Positions 11,311 through 21,278 of a stretch of 60,096 bases of DNA are shown in pieces. Both the position numbers and the translations under genes were made by a program. The DNA comes from Verrucomicrobiota bacterium (GTDB taxonomy: Bacteria; Verrucomicrobiota; Verrucomicrobiia; Verrucomicrobiales; DEV007), in NCBI GenBank assembly GCA_045046875.1, contig JASFYY010000006.1:1-60096 (forward strand), given 5' to 3'. Positions within the stretch are counted from its first letter, which is position 1, and each line of letters begins with the position of its first letter. The notes under the pieces were generated by a model. It worked only from the letters and a program-made list of their open reading frames with translations. It was not told where the DNA came from and searched no databases.

Positions 11311-12377
11311 TATTTCAAATACAAACAAACTCATTCCCCTTGGAGGGGGCTCTACCTGTCATAGTGATATTAACGGGCCAGTTAATCATCACACTGCTTT
11401 GCTTTCTCTATTTCCGTAACAAATTACGAAAAACTGAGCGTAATCTGAATGGGCGGATTACACGGAATCGAAAAGCGGTGGATTCTCAAAAGCAAAAATT
11501 ATCAATTAGCCTAGAAAAAATAAACGCGTCACTTGAAATTATCATGAATTCCAAGATCCCCGCTGGAATCCAGATCAAACCTACTAAGCCGCCCCAGCTA
11601 AAATCACACCTGTTCGCGATATTATCGCTGCCTAAATGCGGGGGCTCGACGGTAGCTGCTACCCTAGCATCCTCTTTCCCAGACGCATTGGTTAAACATT
11701 GGCACATATACTCTACCAAGACCATGCAACGATTTACTGATGAGGCAAATCTTACTACCAATAAAAAAATCAAAACTGCCAAGCTCCAGCATCTTGGCCG
11801 AGCAGTTGAAACTCAGGAAATAATCAATCAATTGGGACAGAAAAACATCACCTTTTTAGCCGGCGTAAGAGAACCTATAGCATTGGCTCTTTCTTTATTT
11901 TTTGAACAAGGCGTAAATTACGGTGGATCACAATTGGATTTATCTGTCGATGAAATTCAAAATGCTATCGAGTCCCCAGCAGGAATTTGGTGGTTTGACA
12001 TATGCCGATTGGACCGCTGGTTTGATGAAGATTTACTCGCCGCATCTGAACACAACGTATTATCGAAACCTTTCCCTAAAGAAATCGGTTACAAAACATT
12101 TCGTGGAGGCAAAGGGGATCTAAGTGTCTATCGCTTAGAAAATTTCGATTCGATTCTTGAAGCCCTCGGAGACGTCCTTGAAATTTCCGAAAGCCTCTTG
12201 GAACTTAAAAAAGCAAACATCGCCGAGGATAAAAATTATGCGGAAAAATATCGAGAGGTGCTATCAGACATTTCTTTCTCGGATTCATTTATTGAAAAAA
12301 TCTATCAATCTCGTTATGCAAAACATTTTTACACCTCCTCCGAAAGAGAAAGTTACAAATCTCGATGGAGCAAGTAA
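11307..12377 (+). CDS. Putative capsular polysaccharide synthesis protein (NKWYS-like, sulfotransferase-related fold) with N-terminal membrane anchor
   Basis: N-terminal hydrophobic helix; LPKCGGSTV, GVREPIA, RWFDEDL, YRLENF, ANIAEDKNYAEKY. Confidence 0.6.
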   Translation: MIFQIQTNSFPLEGALPVIVILTGQLIITLLCFLYFRNKLRKTERNLNGRITRNRKAVDSQKQKLSISLEKINASLEIIMNSKIPAGIQIKPTKPPQLKSHLFAILSLPKCGGSTVAATLASSFPDALVKHWHIYSTKTMQRFTDEANLTTNKKIKTAKLQHLGRAVETQEIINQLGQKNITFLAGVREPIALALSLFFEQGVNYGGSQLDLSVDEIQNAIESPAGIWWFDICRLDRWFDEDLLAASEHNVLSKPFPKEIGYKTFRGGKGDLSVYRLENFDSILEALGDVLEISESLLELKKANIAEDKNYAEKYREVLSDISFSDSFIEKIYQSRYAKHFYTSSERESYKSRWSK

Positions 12378-12476
12378 TGCAGTGATTCATGCATAATATA
12401 CATTATTGATTGCCGTTTTAATCTCAATTTTGGAGCGTTTGACACTCCCTTTCCCTGCATTACCTTAGCAGTCTAT

Positions 12477-13241
12477 ATGCAGTTCCAGATCAATACCGAC
12501 GAAGAAAGCCTGACCATAACTGACGGTGAATCTTCTCATTCATTACCACTCTATTCGAACGAGGCTTTTGAGAAGATTTCTGATCTTTGGGTAAAAGTCG
12601 GCTGGTCACTGAAGTATCCATACACATTCAGTTGGCTAGGGCGTCCCGTCATCCAACTTCCCGAGGATATGATTCGTATCCAGGAATTAATTTACAGCAT
12701 TAAACCTGATATTATCATTGAAACTGGTGTAGCGCATGGCGGTTCATTGATCTACTACGCGTCTCTTTTTGAAGCAATGGGCAAAGGGCACGTGATCGGC
12801 GTGGATATCGAAATTCGTCCGCACAACCGTAAAGCCATTGAAGAACACCGGATGTTTTCTCGAATATCTCTGATCGAAGGCAGCTCAACTGCTCCTGAGA
12901 TAGTGTCTAGCGTCAAACAGCAAATCCCCAAAGATGCCACCGTGCTTGTCATTCTAGATTCAGATCATTCTAGAGACCACGTTCTTGAAGAATTGGAGTC
13001 CTATCATGGTTTTGTATCACCGGGATCTTACATTGTAGCTACTGACGGAGTAATGAATCTGGTCGCTGATGCCCCTCGCGGCAAACCCGAGTGGTCTCAT
13101 GACAATCCCATTGAGGCCGTTAAGACCTTTTGTGAATCTCATTCAGAATTCATTCTCGAACAGCCATCTTGGCCATTCAGTGAAAGCGATCTTAAAACTA
13201 ACGTAACACATTGGCCCTCGGCCTATCTGAGGCGGGTTTAA
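12477..13241 (+). CDS. CmcI/cephalosporin hydroxylase family (probable sugar O-methyltransferase)
   Basis: WLGRPVIQLPED, KPDIIIETGVAHGGS, VILDSDHS. Confidence 0.88.
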   Translation: MQFQINTDEESLTITDGESSHSLPLYSNEAFEKISDLWVKVGWSLKYPYTFSWLGRPVIQLPEDMIRIQELIYSIKPDIIIETGVAHGGSLIYYASLFEAMGKGHVIGVDIEIRPHNRKAIEEHRMFSRISLIEGSSTAPEIVSSVKQQIPKDATVLVILDSDHSRDHVLEELESYHGFVSPGSYIVATDGVMNLVADAPRGKPEWSHDNPIEAVKTFCESHSEFILEQPSWPFSESDLKTNVTHWPSAYLRRV

Positions 13242-13267
13242 GCACTTGCAATCTTGGCTGTATTCGA

Positions 13268-14809
13268 ATGAACACACCACCTTTCTTATCGATCGTCATC
13301 CCAACGCGCGATCGACCACAGCTGCTTAAACACGCCTTATGGAGTTGCCTGCAGCAAAGCGACCAAGACTTTGAAGTTATCGTATGCGATAACCCTAAAA
13401 ACACCTCAGCTCGATCTATCTTTGATGAAACTGTGGGAGATCACCCAAACTTTCATTATTTCCTGGCCGATAACGAACTAAACATGGTGGACAACTGGAA
13501 TAGGGGCATAGATCAAGCATCAGGTAACTACGTTACATTGCTTGAAGATAAATTCGCGCTTCGGCTTGATTGCATCGAAGCCTTAAAAGAGATTACAAAA
13601 AATAAAAGCCCTGAAATAATCAGTTGGTACCCTGATATTTTCCGACCAAAGGACGAGCAACAAAGTTGTGATCAGGGTATTTATAAAGAGCGACACCCTA
13701 TAGACCTTACACCTTGCCCTTTCGACCCTTTCCTTATTATGGAAAAGCGCCTCGCCTGTGATACAGTTAGAGGGACTGAAGGCGGGATGTATGGCATGGG
13801 AAAAATTCTTTTTGGTGCCTTCCATCGAATCCTGATCGACCGAATTATTAAAAAAACGGGTAAATTATTTCACCCTTTCGCACCGGATTACACTTCGATG
13901 TCAGCTGCTTTACTTTTATCAAAATCAGCAATAGATATTGGGCGAAGTCTCTGTATCACGGTAAGCACTAACTTATCCAATGGCGCACTTTGTCAGGGGC
14001 ATGTTAGGCATGCCGAAGCATTTTTAAAATCCTATGGATCCCTCGACTCTGTACACAAGCAATTACCCATCCCCAACCTTTCTACTCCTGCCCACAATAT
14101 GGTGGCTCACGACTACCTGTCATTGTGCCAGCAATTGCCGAACGAATCTCAAACCCTTAAATTTAATTGGTCTGGACTTTATTTACAAAGTGAGAAAGAA
14201 CTAAAATTAGTTAAATGGACATCCGACCAGCAGAAAAAAGAACATTATAAACTGCTTCGAGATGGGGCTCAATCTTTTCCCACAAAACACCGTTTAGCTA
14301 TCAAGTTAAGAAATGCAATAAAAATAATTCCCTTAAAAATCAGTAAACCCCTTGTTCAACAAATAGAAAAACTCCTCTACAGGCTTGAAGGTAAGCCCGC
14401 TATACATCCTGAATCAGAACTTTGGAAACGGTGGACATCTGACGTAATATACCATGATCTCGCGATTGCCCCTCTCGGCTTGGATGCGTCACTCCTTTAT
14501 TTATATTTTCGTGATCGTGCAGCAAGACAGAATACACTCCATGAACCAGCATCTATCCCTATGAACACAGAGAAACCAGAAAAAACACCTGCTATTTCCA
14601 GCTTGATTCAATCTCTTGATCCAGCTGTCTCCTCGTTAATAGATAACTTAATCTCTCAAATCACCTTACTCGAATCGGAAGAAATAAAGAAAAACACCGG
14701 CGACCGTATCTCCCAATTAGAAGATAAATTAGAAAATTTCAGAGGAATGATTTCTCGCCGCGACAAGCGTATCCTCAAGCTAGAAAAAAAAGTGCTCAGT
14801 AAAAAATAA
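13268..14809 (+). CDS. Glycosyltransferase family 2 with C-terminal basic coiled-coil tail
   Basis: LSIVIPTRDR, FEVIVCDN, NWNRG, LLEDK. Confidence 0.8.
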   Translation: MNTPPFLSIVIPTRDRPQLLKHALWSCLQQSDQDFEVIVCDNPKNTSARSIFDETVGDHPNFHYFLADNELNMVDNWNRGIDQASGNYVTLLEDKFALRLDCIEALKEITKNKSPEIISWYPDIFRPKDEQQSCDQGIYKERHPIDLTPCPFDPFLIMEKRLACDTVRGTEGGMYGMGKILFGAFHRILIDRIIKKTGKLFHPFAPDYTSMSAALLLSKSAIDIGRSLCITVSTNLSNGALCQGHVRHAEAFLKSYGSLDSVHKQLPIPNLSTPAHNMVAHDYLSLCQQLPNESQTLKFNWSGLYLQSEKELKLVKWTSDQQKKEHYKLLRDGAQSFPTKHRLAIKLRNAIKIIPLKISKPLVQQIEKLLYRLEGKPAIHPESELWKRWTSDVIYHDLAIAPLGLDASLLYLYFRDRAARQNTLHEPASIPMNTEKPEKTPAISSLIQSLDPAVSSLIDNLISQITLLESEEIKKNTGDRISQLEDKLENFRGMISRRDKRILKLEKKVLSKK

Positions 14810-14823
14810 CCGCTCCGCTCACC

Positions 14824-15714
14824 TTACCTTTTAATAAATTTGTAACAACCACCTATCCCCGCCACTGCCCCTTGGCTTATTGGGATCCCTTTACTATTAA
14901 AAGTAAGCTCAGACAAAAAATCTCGATGCTCTTTAGCGAGTTTTCGACTTCCAATTGCATCAAACCTTCTCGGTAAAAGTCTCAATTCTGTTAGCGAAAT
15001 AGAAGCTCCAACAAATTCGCCTGTGAAACCAGTTTTCTCAACATCAGCGAGAAAGTCTTTAGGTTTATAACACCTGGAAACGGGGCAATACTGACCGTCC
15101 GTTGTTTGTCTAAAGGCTTCCCTGATATCACATTCAGAGTATAGTGCCTGCTCTATCTGGTGAATGAATGCTGTGTAAAGGTGCACCCAGAGGCTTTCGT
15201 AATTATATACCATAACTTGCATCTCGCCCCCCGGTCTTAGAATACGGTTCAGTTCGGAAAGAACTGCATCAAGATTCTTACAATGATGCAACACTCCTGA
15301 TGTATGAATCAAGTCCACAGATTCTGCTTCAAGGGGGATCTGGTTATCTTCTTCCTCAATTTGCACAAGCTCTGCTTGTTTCCCGTGAAGCTTAAGCCTC
15401 TTCTCAGAAGCACTCAAAGCTGTTTCTGACACATCTAGTCCGATAAGCTTCTGAGGGTTCGAATAAACACTAAAGCCTATCAAATCGTTTCCTGGTCCAC
15501 AACCGTAATCAACAATAACCTTTCCGTCATGCCCGTTGACCGGCATAAGATCGATATAACCCGGATATTGGGCGGAGCGCCACTCGAAGTGATCTATCGA
15601 GTCCGCCACATCGGAAAAATCTTCATGCGCAACCATGTGTTCCGTCCAGTAAGCTGCAGACCCTTGGTCACCAGCACGGCTTTTTCTTAATTCTGCATCT
15701 TTTACTTCATCCAT
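14824..15714 (-). CDS. Class I SAM-dependent methyltransferase
   Basis: IVDYGCGPG, SGVLHH, RILRPGG. Confidence 0.85.
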   Translation of the reverse strand: MDEVKDAELRKSRAGDQGSAAYWTEHMVAHEDFSDVADSIDHFEWRSAQYPGYIDLMPVNGHDGKVIVDYGCGPGNDLIGFSVYSNPQKLIGLDVSETALSASEKRLKLHGKQAELVQIEEEDNQIPLEAESVDLIHTSGVLHHCKNLDAVLSELNRILRPGGEMQVMVYNYESLWVHLYTAFIHQIEQALYSECDIREAFRQTTDGQYCPVSRCYKPKDFLADVEKTGFTGEFVGASISLTELRLLPRRFDAIGSRKLAKEHRDFLSELTFNSKGIPISQGAVAGIGGCYKFIKR

Positions 15715-15791
15715 TGGAATTAAAAATTACTACCTCTTTATAACTAACACAAGCTTCCCTCATAAGTTCTAACACCACTCAAAAGAGCCAC

Positions 15792-16838
15792 TCACCCACC
15801 CATGTGATCCGCATGTTTTGCAATACAACGATTGACTTTCTCTTCATTTTTGCGGAACCACTCAACCGTCTGCGGAATTCCCTCTTCAAGACTAGTTTCA
15901 GCTTTGAATCCCAATTCTCTTTCAGACTTCGCAGGATCACCAAAGCGACAACCTGACTTATCCCAGCTTCTGCGAGGTTTCATTTCCACTCCAGCTTTAT
16001 TTCCTGTCGCTTCATTAATCAGCCCTGCCAACTCCCCTATCGTTCGCTCCTGTCCAGTACCTAAATTATAGGCTTCGCAAGGTGCCCCCTTCAAAGCGCA
16101 AGCCACCAATCCTCGAACAATGTCTTTCACAAAAATAAAATCCCGAGTAGTTTTCCCCCCGCCATCGAGTGGCAGTGCTTCTCCATTGCATGACTTGTAA
16201 ATAAACGCAGGTGTCACATTGCGCCATACCGTAGCGGGCGTCCCTCTCCAGCGCCCAGCTCCCAACACCTCACCTGGTCCATAAACATTCTGAAATCTAG
16301 CCCGCACAGCTGGCACTCCGTGCTGTCGGTGATAATAATCGCAGTAGAACTCTCCGACGATTTTAGAAATCGAATAAGGACTATCCATCTCAATACTGAT
16401 CGGGGCATCTTCACTGGTCGCTTGTGCCTCTCCGTAAGTTTTCGCCGCGACGGCACAGCCCGCTCCTGAATAGACCAGCTTTTTCAGCTTCTCTTTCCAG
16501 TCCTTTATTTTCTCAAACAACTTAAGTGTCGTGATTAAATTATTATCATGATCCGCGATGGGATCATGCATCGAACTCTGATTCCCATGATAGGTCGCCA
16601 GATGAAAAATGAAATCATAGCCATCCTCTTTAAGTTTGGCTAAAATCTGATCATCTGCAATCGAACCTTCGACAAAGGTAATACGGGAATCATCTGGCAA
16701 GTTATCGCGTTCCGAAGAAAGCAAATTATCCACCACGGTGACAGAGCCCACCCCCTGCTCAAGAACCAGCCGAACGAGATTGCTACCGACAAATCCAGCA
16801 CCCCCCACTACCAGAATATCACTATCTGCTATTTGCAT
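15792..16838 (-). CDS. wbmF: Extended SDR, WbmF-like putative nucleotide-sugar 3,5-epimerase
   Basis: VVGGAGFVGSNLV, FHLATYHGNQSS, SPYSISK, GRWRGTPATVWRNVTP, recognised as Bordetella WbmF features. Confidence 0.8.
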   Translation of the reverse strand: MQIADSDILVVGGAGFVGSNLVRLVLEQGVGSVTVVDNLLSSERDNLPDDSRITFVEGSIADDQILAKLKEDGYDFIFHLATYHGNQSSMHDPIADHDNNLITTLKLFEKIKDWKEKLKKLVYSGAGCAVAAKTYGEAQATSEDAPISIEMDSPYSISKIVGEFYCDYYHRQHGVPAVRARFQNVYGPGEVLGAGRWRGTPATVWRNVTPAFIYKSCNGEALPLDGGGKTTRDFIFVKDIVRGLVACALKGAPCEAYNLGTGQERTIGELAGLINEATGNKAGVEMKPRRSWDKSGCRFGDPAKSERELGFKAETSLEEGIPQTVEWFRKNEEKVNRCIAKHADHMGG

Positions 16839-16850
16839 GACAGACCTCAA

Positions 16851-17786
16851 TCAATCAAGATCCTTCAAATGAGTGAAGGTCTGTTCGATGCCAAATTTCT
16901 TATAATAGGCGATCGCTTTTGCCACTCCTTCTGTCAAAGGCGTGCTGACTTTCCAGTCAAAGTCAGCTTCTGTTTTAGCAGGATCCAACAGAATCGACGC
17001 AGCATCATCGGGATGACGAGGGCGAACTTCCACATCTTCATCCAAAGTCACATCAAGCGCGCTGATGGTCGCATCAAAAAGCTCCTTGATCGACACGTCC
17101 CCACCCGAAGAAATGTGATAATAACCTTTTGAACCTTTACCGGCAATCGCCCCCATGACCACATCCACCATGTCATCGACAAAAATAAAATCGCGGCGGG
17201 TATCCATCACAAAACAAGGTTTGTCGTTGGTGATACGATGAAAAAAGGTGGGTAGAGGACCACTGAGGTTACGAGGGCCGTAGGCATTCGCCAGACGGAA
17301 GGAAAGGAACTCAAGAGAACTCAAAGCGATATAGTGCTCTCCCGCGGTCTTACTGATCGCGTAACTGCTGTCTTTAGGCAGAATTGGATGATTCAAGCTG
17401 ATCGGTGTTTCAACAGGTTTGAGCCCATAACACAAAGCTGTCTGAAAATAAATCATACGCTTCACACCCACGCTCTCGGCAGCTTTCACAATATTCGCGG
17501 TGCCGACCACGTTGGTCATCGCATCTTCGACAAAAGCATCTGGATCTTTATAGGATGCAGCGGCATGAACCACCATGTCCGGTTGAAATCGCTCAAATGC
17601 ACCTGATACCAAGTCAGTATCCGCAATCGTTCCCTCAACCAGTTCGAGGGAATCGCCCTCAACTATATTATCCCGACGTCCAGTCGAAAAATTATCAATC
17701 ACCAGAACTTGGTCGCCTTGTGCTACCAGTCGTTCAGCAATGTGTGAAGCAATAAATCCGGCTCCGCCGGTGATGAGTATTTTCAT
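16851..17786 (-). CDS. Extended SDR, WbmG/WbmH-like nucleotide-sugar oxidoreductase
   Basis: HAAASYKDPD, YFQTALCYG, SYAISK, FRLANAYGPRNLSGPLPTF, PDDAASILLDP. Confidence 0.8.
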   Translation of the reverse strand: MKILITGGAGFIASHIAERLVAQGDQVLVIDNFSTGRRDNIVEGDSLELVEGTIADTDLVSGAFERFQPDMVVHAAASYKDPDAFVEDAMTNVVGTANIVKAAESVGVKRMIYFQTALCYGLKPVETPISLNHPILPKDSSYAISKTAGEHYIALSSLEFLSFRLANAYGPRNLSGPLPTFFHRITNDKPCFVMDTRRDFIFVDDMVDVVMGAIAGKGSKGYYHISSGGDVSIKELFDATISALDVTLDEDVEVRPRHPDDAASILLDPAKTEADFDWKVSTPLTEGVAKAIAYYKKFGIEQTFTHLKDLD

Positions 17787-17794
17787 AGTCTTTT

Positions 17795-19720
17795 TTAAGA
17801 ATTGAAGCCCGTTTGCTGGCGAATTTTTCTGAATTCTGCCGCTCGGTCATGAAACTGAGTTTGCCAAATTTCCAAGCACATTGAGCCCCAAAGATTGCGT
17901 CCGAATTTCCCCTCCTTTTTCACGTTGTCAAGGACTTTGGCGTTGTCGATAAAATCACGACCCAATGCTTTTGATGAAGAAAACAAGTCTCCCACAAAAT
18001 CCCGCAACGGCCCTGCTGCCCATTCATTCAGCGGAGTCGGGAATCCCATTTTGTCGGTACGATCCGTTATAGCCGCCGGAAGGTGTTTCCTAGATACATC
18101 CTTAAGCATGTGCTTCAAATCTCCCTCGCGAAATTTCACATTAGCTGGCATGGATGCCGCCATTTCAATCAAGGGGTGATCCAATAAGGGCACCCTGGAT
18201 TCCAAACCATGCGCCATGCTCATTCGGTCCTCGACTTGAAGCAAAGCAGGTAAAAGAGTTCGGGTGTCAAAATGGGTCATTAAGTCAAAATAGGACTGCT
18301 TTCCCACATTCCCCCCATGAAAAATACTCTGAAATCTGCTAAAAGAGTTTGCCGCAGGTAGTTTATCCCAATGGATAATATCCCCTAAACTCGGAGCCCT
18401 ATTCACTAATTTAAAATAGCGGCGATCCATGTCCTCAAAAAGTCCATCACTCCAGAATGAACGCAACATGGGCTTGTAATTACGCAGACTGCTCAAATTA
18501 GGGATGATAGACTCGTAAGTAACAATGAAATTCCCATCGTCCATAGTGCCATCAATAGCTGCTCGAATACACTGCTCAAAATAAGCAACGAGATATCGGG
18601 TGTAGCCCCCGAACACTTCATCCCCCCCTTGCCCACCCAACACCACTTTGCAATGTTCTGCAGCCAGACCTGACACCATATACTGGGGGAAAGACCCTGG
18701 CCCAGCCACAGGATAATCGAGGTGGTAAATAATTTTCTCAATATTCTCTGTAAAGTCTTCGGGCTTGATATCGATGATATGCAAGGGAAACCCGGCTTCG
18801 TCGGCGACCATCTGAGCATACCGGCTCTCGTCGTATTGATCCCCCAATGAAAATTTGCCATTAAACCCCCCACAAAACCCTGATTCAGCACTGTCCTTTC
18901 CAAGTTTGGCTAGCAGGCTGGAATCAATTCCCCCACTCACATAGGCTCCAACCGGCACGTCACTCCGCATGTGCAATTGAACCGACTCTGCCAGCAACCG
19001 ATCCAATTCCTCGTGAAAATACGCCTCCGAGCTCCCGTGATCAGGAACATAATGAACCTCCCAATAACAGCTGGTTTTTACTTGGCCAGCACTCAAACTC
19101 AATGTATGGGCAGGAGCCAGTTCGTTGATCCCTTTGAACAAAGTCGCTCCAGGCAGACAGAATTGAAAAGTCAAATAATCGCCGAGCGAATCCGGGCAGG
19201 TGGCGATTTCATCGACAAAGGGCAGCATGGCCTTGACCTCTGAAGCAAACAAAAATGCACCGTCAATTTCTGCCCAATAGAAGGGTTTGATACCAAAACG
19301 ATCCCGTGCGCAAAATAATCGCTGTTTACGCTCATCCCAAATGGCAAAAGCAAACATACCTCGGAGGTGGGTCACACAATCATCGCCCCATTTCAGATAA
19401 GCTTGAAGAATGGTTTCTGTATCCGAATGAGTCCGGAATTTTCCCGCGCCAATTTCCACGCGAAGTTCGATGTAATTATAGATCTCGCCATTAAATACAA
19501 TCCAGTTACCCGCATCATCAGACATTGGCTGATGCCCGTGATCCACATCAATGATACTGAGCCGCTGATGATTGAATGCAACTATTCCAGCCTCATGGCA
19601 CCAAGTGCCTGAATCATCAGGACCGCGGTGCTTTTGCAGGCTGCCCATTGCCTCAACAGCGGGTATGATCCCTGTAAGAGGACGATTAGATTTTGAAATA
19701 ATTCCAGCGATACCACACAT
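17795..19720 (-). CDS. asnB: Asparagine synthase-like glutamine amidotransferase (WbpS/WbmI-like)
   Basis: MCGIAG, HRGPDD, FNGEIYNY, SGGIDSS, GQGGDEVFGGY, VEDRMSMAHGLESRVP. Confidence 0.92.
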   Translation of the reverse strand: MCGIAGIISKSNRPLTGIIPAVEAMGSLQKHRGPDDSGTWCHEAGIVAFNHQRLSIIDVDHGHQPMSDDAGNWIVFNGEIYNYIELRVEIGAGKFRTHSDTETILQAYLKWGDDCVTHLRGMFAFAIWDERKQRLFCARDRFGIKPFYWAEIDGAFLFASEVKAMLPFVDEIATCPDSLGDYLTFQFCLPGATLFKGINELAPAHTLSLSAGQVKTSCYWEVHYVPDHGSSEAYFHEELDRLLAESVQLHMRSDVPVGAYVSGGIDSSLLAKLGKDSAESGFCGGFNGKFSLGDQYDESRYAQMVADEAGFPLHIIDIKPEDFTENIEKIIYHLDYPVAGPGSFPQYMVSGLAAEHCKVVLGGQGGDEVFGGYTRYLVAYFEQCIRAAIDGTMDDGNFIVTYESIIPNLSSLRNYKPMLRSFWSDGLFEDMDRRYFKLVNRAPSLGDIIHWDKLPAANSFSRFQSIFHGGNVGKQSYFDLMTHFDTRTLLPALLQVEDRMSMAHGLESRVPLLDHPLIEMAASMPANVKFREGDLKHMLKDVSRKHLPAAITDRTDKMGFPTPLNEWAAGPLRDFVGDLFSSSKALGRDFIDNAKVLDNVKKEGKFGRNLWGSMCLEIWQTQFHDRAAEFRKIRQQTGFNS

Positions 19721-19751
19721 AAAACATTCTAAATCAGCAACTTTAGCGCAA

Positions 19752-21140
19752 TTAACTTCCTTTGTTCAGCTTTTCTCGAAGTTTAGTGATTTTCTGTTCC
19801 CTACGCAAATTCATTCCTGAAAAATCTTTCTTCTTCGCCCGCAAAGAACAGACAGATTCCCTCAATAGCACGGTCTCTTCCCTGCGCGAAACTTCATATC
19901 TGCGCAAAATATCAATGGGGAACGGAACATCCTCTGAAAGCCCAGAATACCCGGCTTTCCCCCGCTCTGACTGACGGGGAGACAACTTACGCTCAACTTC
20001 CCGCTCTATAAGTTCATCCATCTTGCCAATTGCTGCGCGGTAGTGATATTTACCACTCAGCACCACGTCTGAATAAGCTCTCTCAGCCATTGCCTCCAAA
20101 AAAGGAATGTCTTCCAGTAGCTCGAGGACTTCTGCTAGATTTGAATAATCCCTACTAAGAGGAATATAGTGAATACCCGGCTTCAAAATACCGCTGTAAT
20201 TTCCCTCAAACAAAACCAAAGCTGTTTTTGAAGCAATAAATTCAAAAAACTTTGGCGAAATTTGATTGGTTCGTACCCCGATGTTTTCATCCTCAAAATA
20301 CTTACCCAGCAAATCTTCATATCCCATCTCTGGGTTTTCCTGCAAAGCCTTTCTTACGTTTTTAGTAATACTCCCGTCTAGATCAAAAACATTGGAGCCA
20401 CTTTCACTGCCAAGAGTAGCTCGTCCGCTCTGAAGAAAATCATACCAGGCCGGCCCAAAAATTAATTTATTTTCCGCCCATTCGATGTCCACCGGAATTC
20501 TTTTTTCTGCGCACACCCGTTTCACCACTTTGGCAATGTCCAATTTTTGATAACAAAGCTCCCCACGCCACGACCCCTGCTCTCGACAACGATACGCGAT
20601 ATGGAAAGGGCGTTCGCTCATCGGCCTGATAGATGTAGCATTGTCCAAACTGGGGGGGATATACCCTGTTAGAAAGTTGGTGAAAGTCACTCCCTTAAAA
20701 CGCTTGGGATCATAAACCTTCTCGACATCTTCATCGGCTATAATCGTAAAAACATGATTGATCCCGTAATTCAATATCCACTGTCGGGCAAGCTCCGTCC
20801 TATCATACTCATCTTGTAAAATTAGAACTTTATAACCTGAAAAATTCTTAATGGCTTCGCCAACTTCAAAATTGAACGATTCATCTCCTGCCAACACACG
20901 ACAATGATGAGGGATCAGTAAAACATCAAATTTATCGTAATCTATCTTTCCCGATGCCGGCCACCCCGGTAAAAGTCCATGCGCATAACTTACAGAATGA
21001 CGAGAAAATAAATCAAATGCCTCAACATAATCCCTAACAGCATTAATTCTCAAATTATGAAACTGCAGCAGAATCAGGATCTTTAACTTCCTTCCTGACT
21101 CGCCCATAGGGTTCTTGCCGCTTTCCTGTAATTTCTCCAT
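19752..21140 (-). CDS. Putative GT-B (CgeB/Glyco_trans_1_2-like) glycosyltransferase
   Basis: QDEYD, RATLGSESGSNVFD, QISPKFFEFIASKTALVL, YSGILKPGIHY; paralog of 22131-23969. Confidence 0.6.
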   Translation of the reverse strand: MEKLQESGKNPMGESGRKLKILILLQFHNLRINAVRDYVEAFDLFSRHSVSYAHGLLPGWPASGKIDYDKFDVLLIPHHCRVLAGDESFNFEVGEAIKNFSGYKVLILQDEYDRTELARQWILNYGINHVFTIIADEDVEKVYDPKRFKGVTFTNFLTGYIPPSLDNATSIRPMSERPFHIAYRCREQGSWRGELCYQKLDIAKVVKRVCAEKRIPVDIEWAENKLIFGPAWYDFLQSGRATLGSESGSNVFDLDGSITKNVRKALQENPEMGYEDLLGKYFEDENIGVRTNQISPKFFEFIASKTALVLFEGNYSGILKPGIHYIPLSRDYSNLAEVLELLEDIPFLEAMAERAYSDVVLSGKYHYRAAIGKMDELIEREVERKLSPRQSERGKAGYSGLSEDVPFPIDILRRYEVSRREETVLLRESVCSLRAKKKDFSGMNLRREQKITKLREKLNKGS

Positions 21141-21278
21141 AAAATTTCTTTATTCAAGTCTCCCGAGTCTGCTTAATTATCTTCAGATTCAATGCTATGC
21201 CGAAAGACAAATTAGCTAGTTCGTGCTAGCCCACAAGAAGAATATTGCCTCTCGGAAGCTTATTGTGTAATATCAAAA

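Noticed and set aside
12477..13241. Cephalosporin biosynthesis
   Set aside because: Family name only; the context points to sugar methylation
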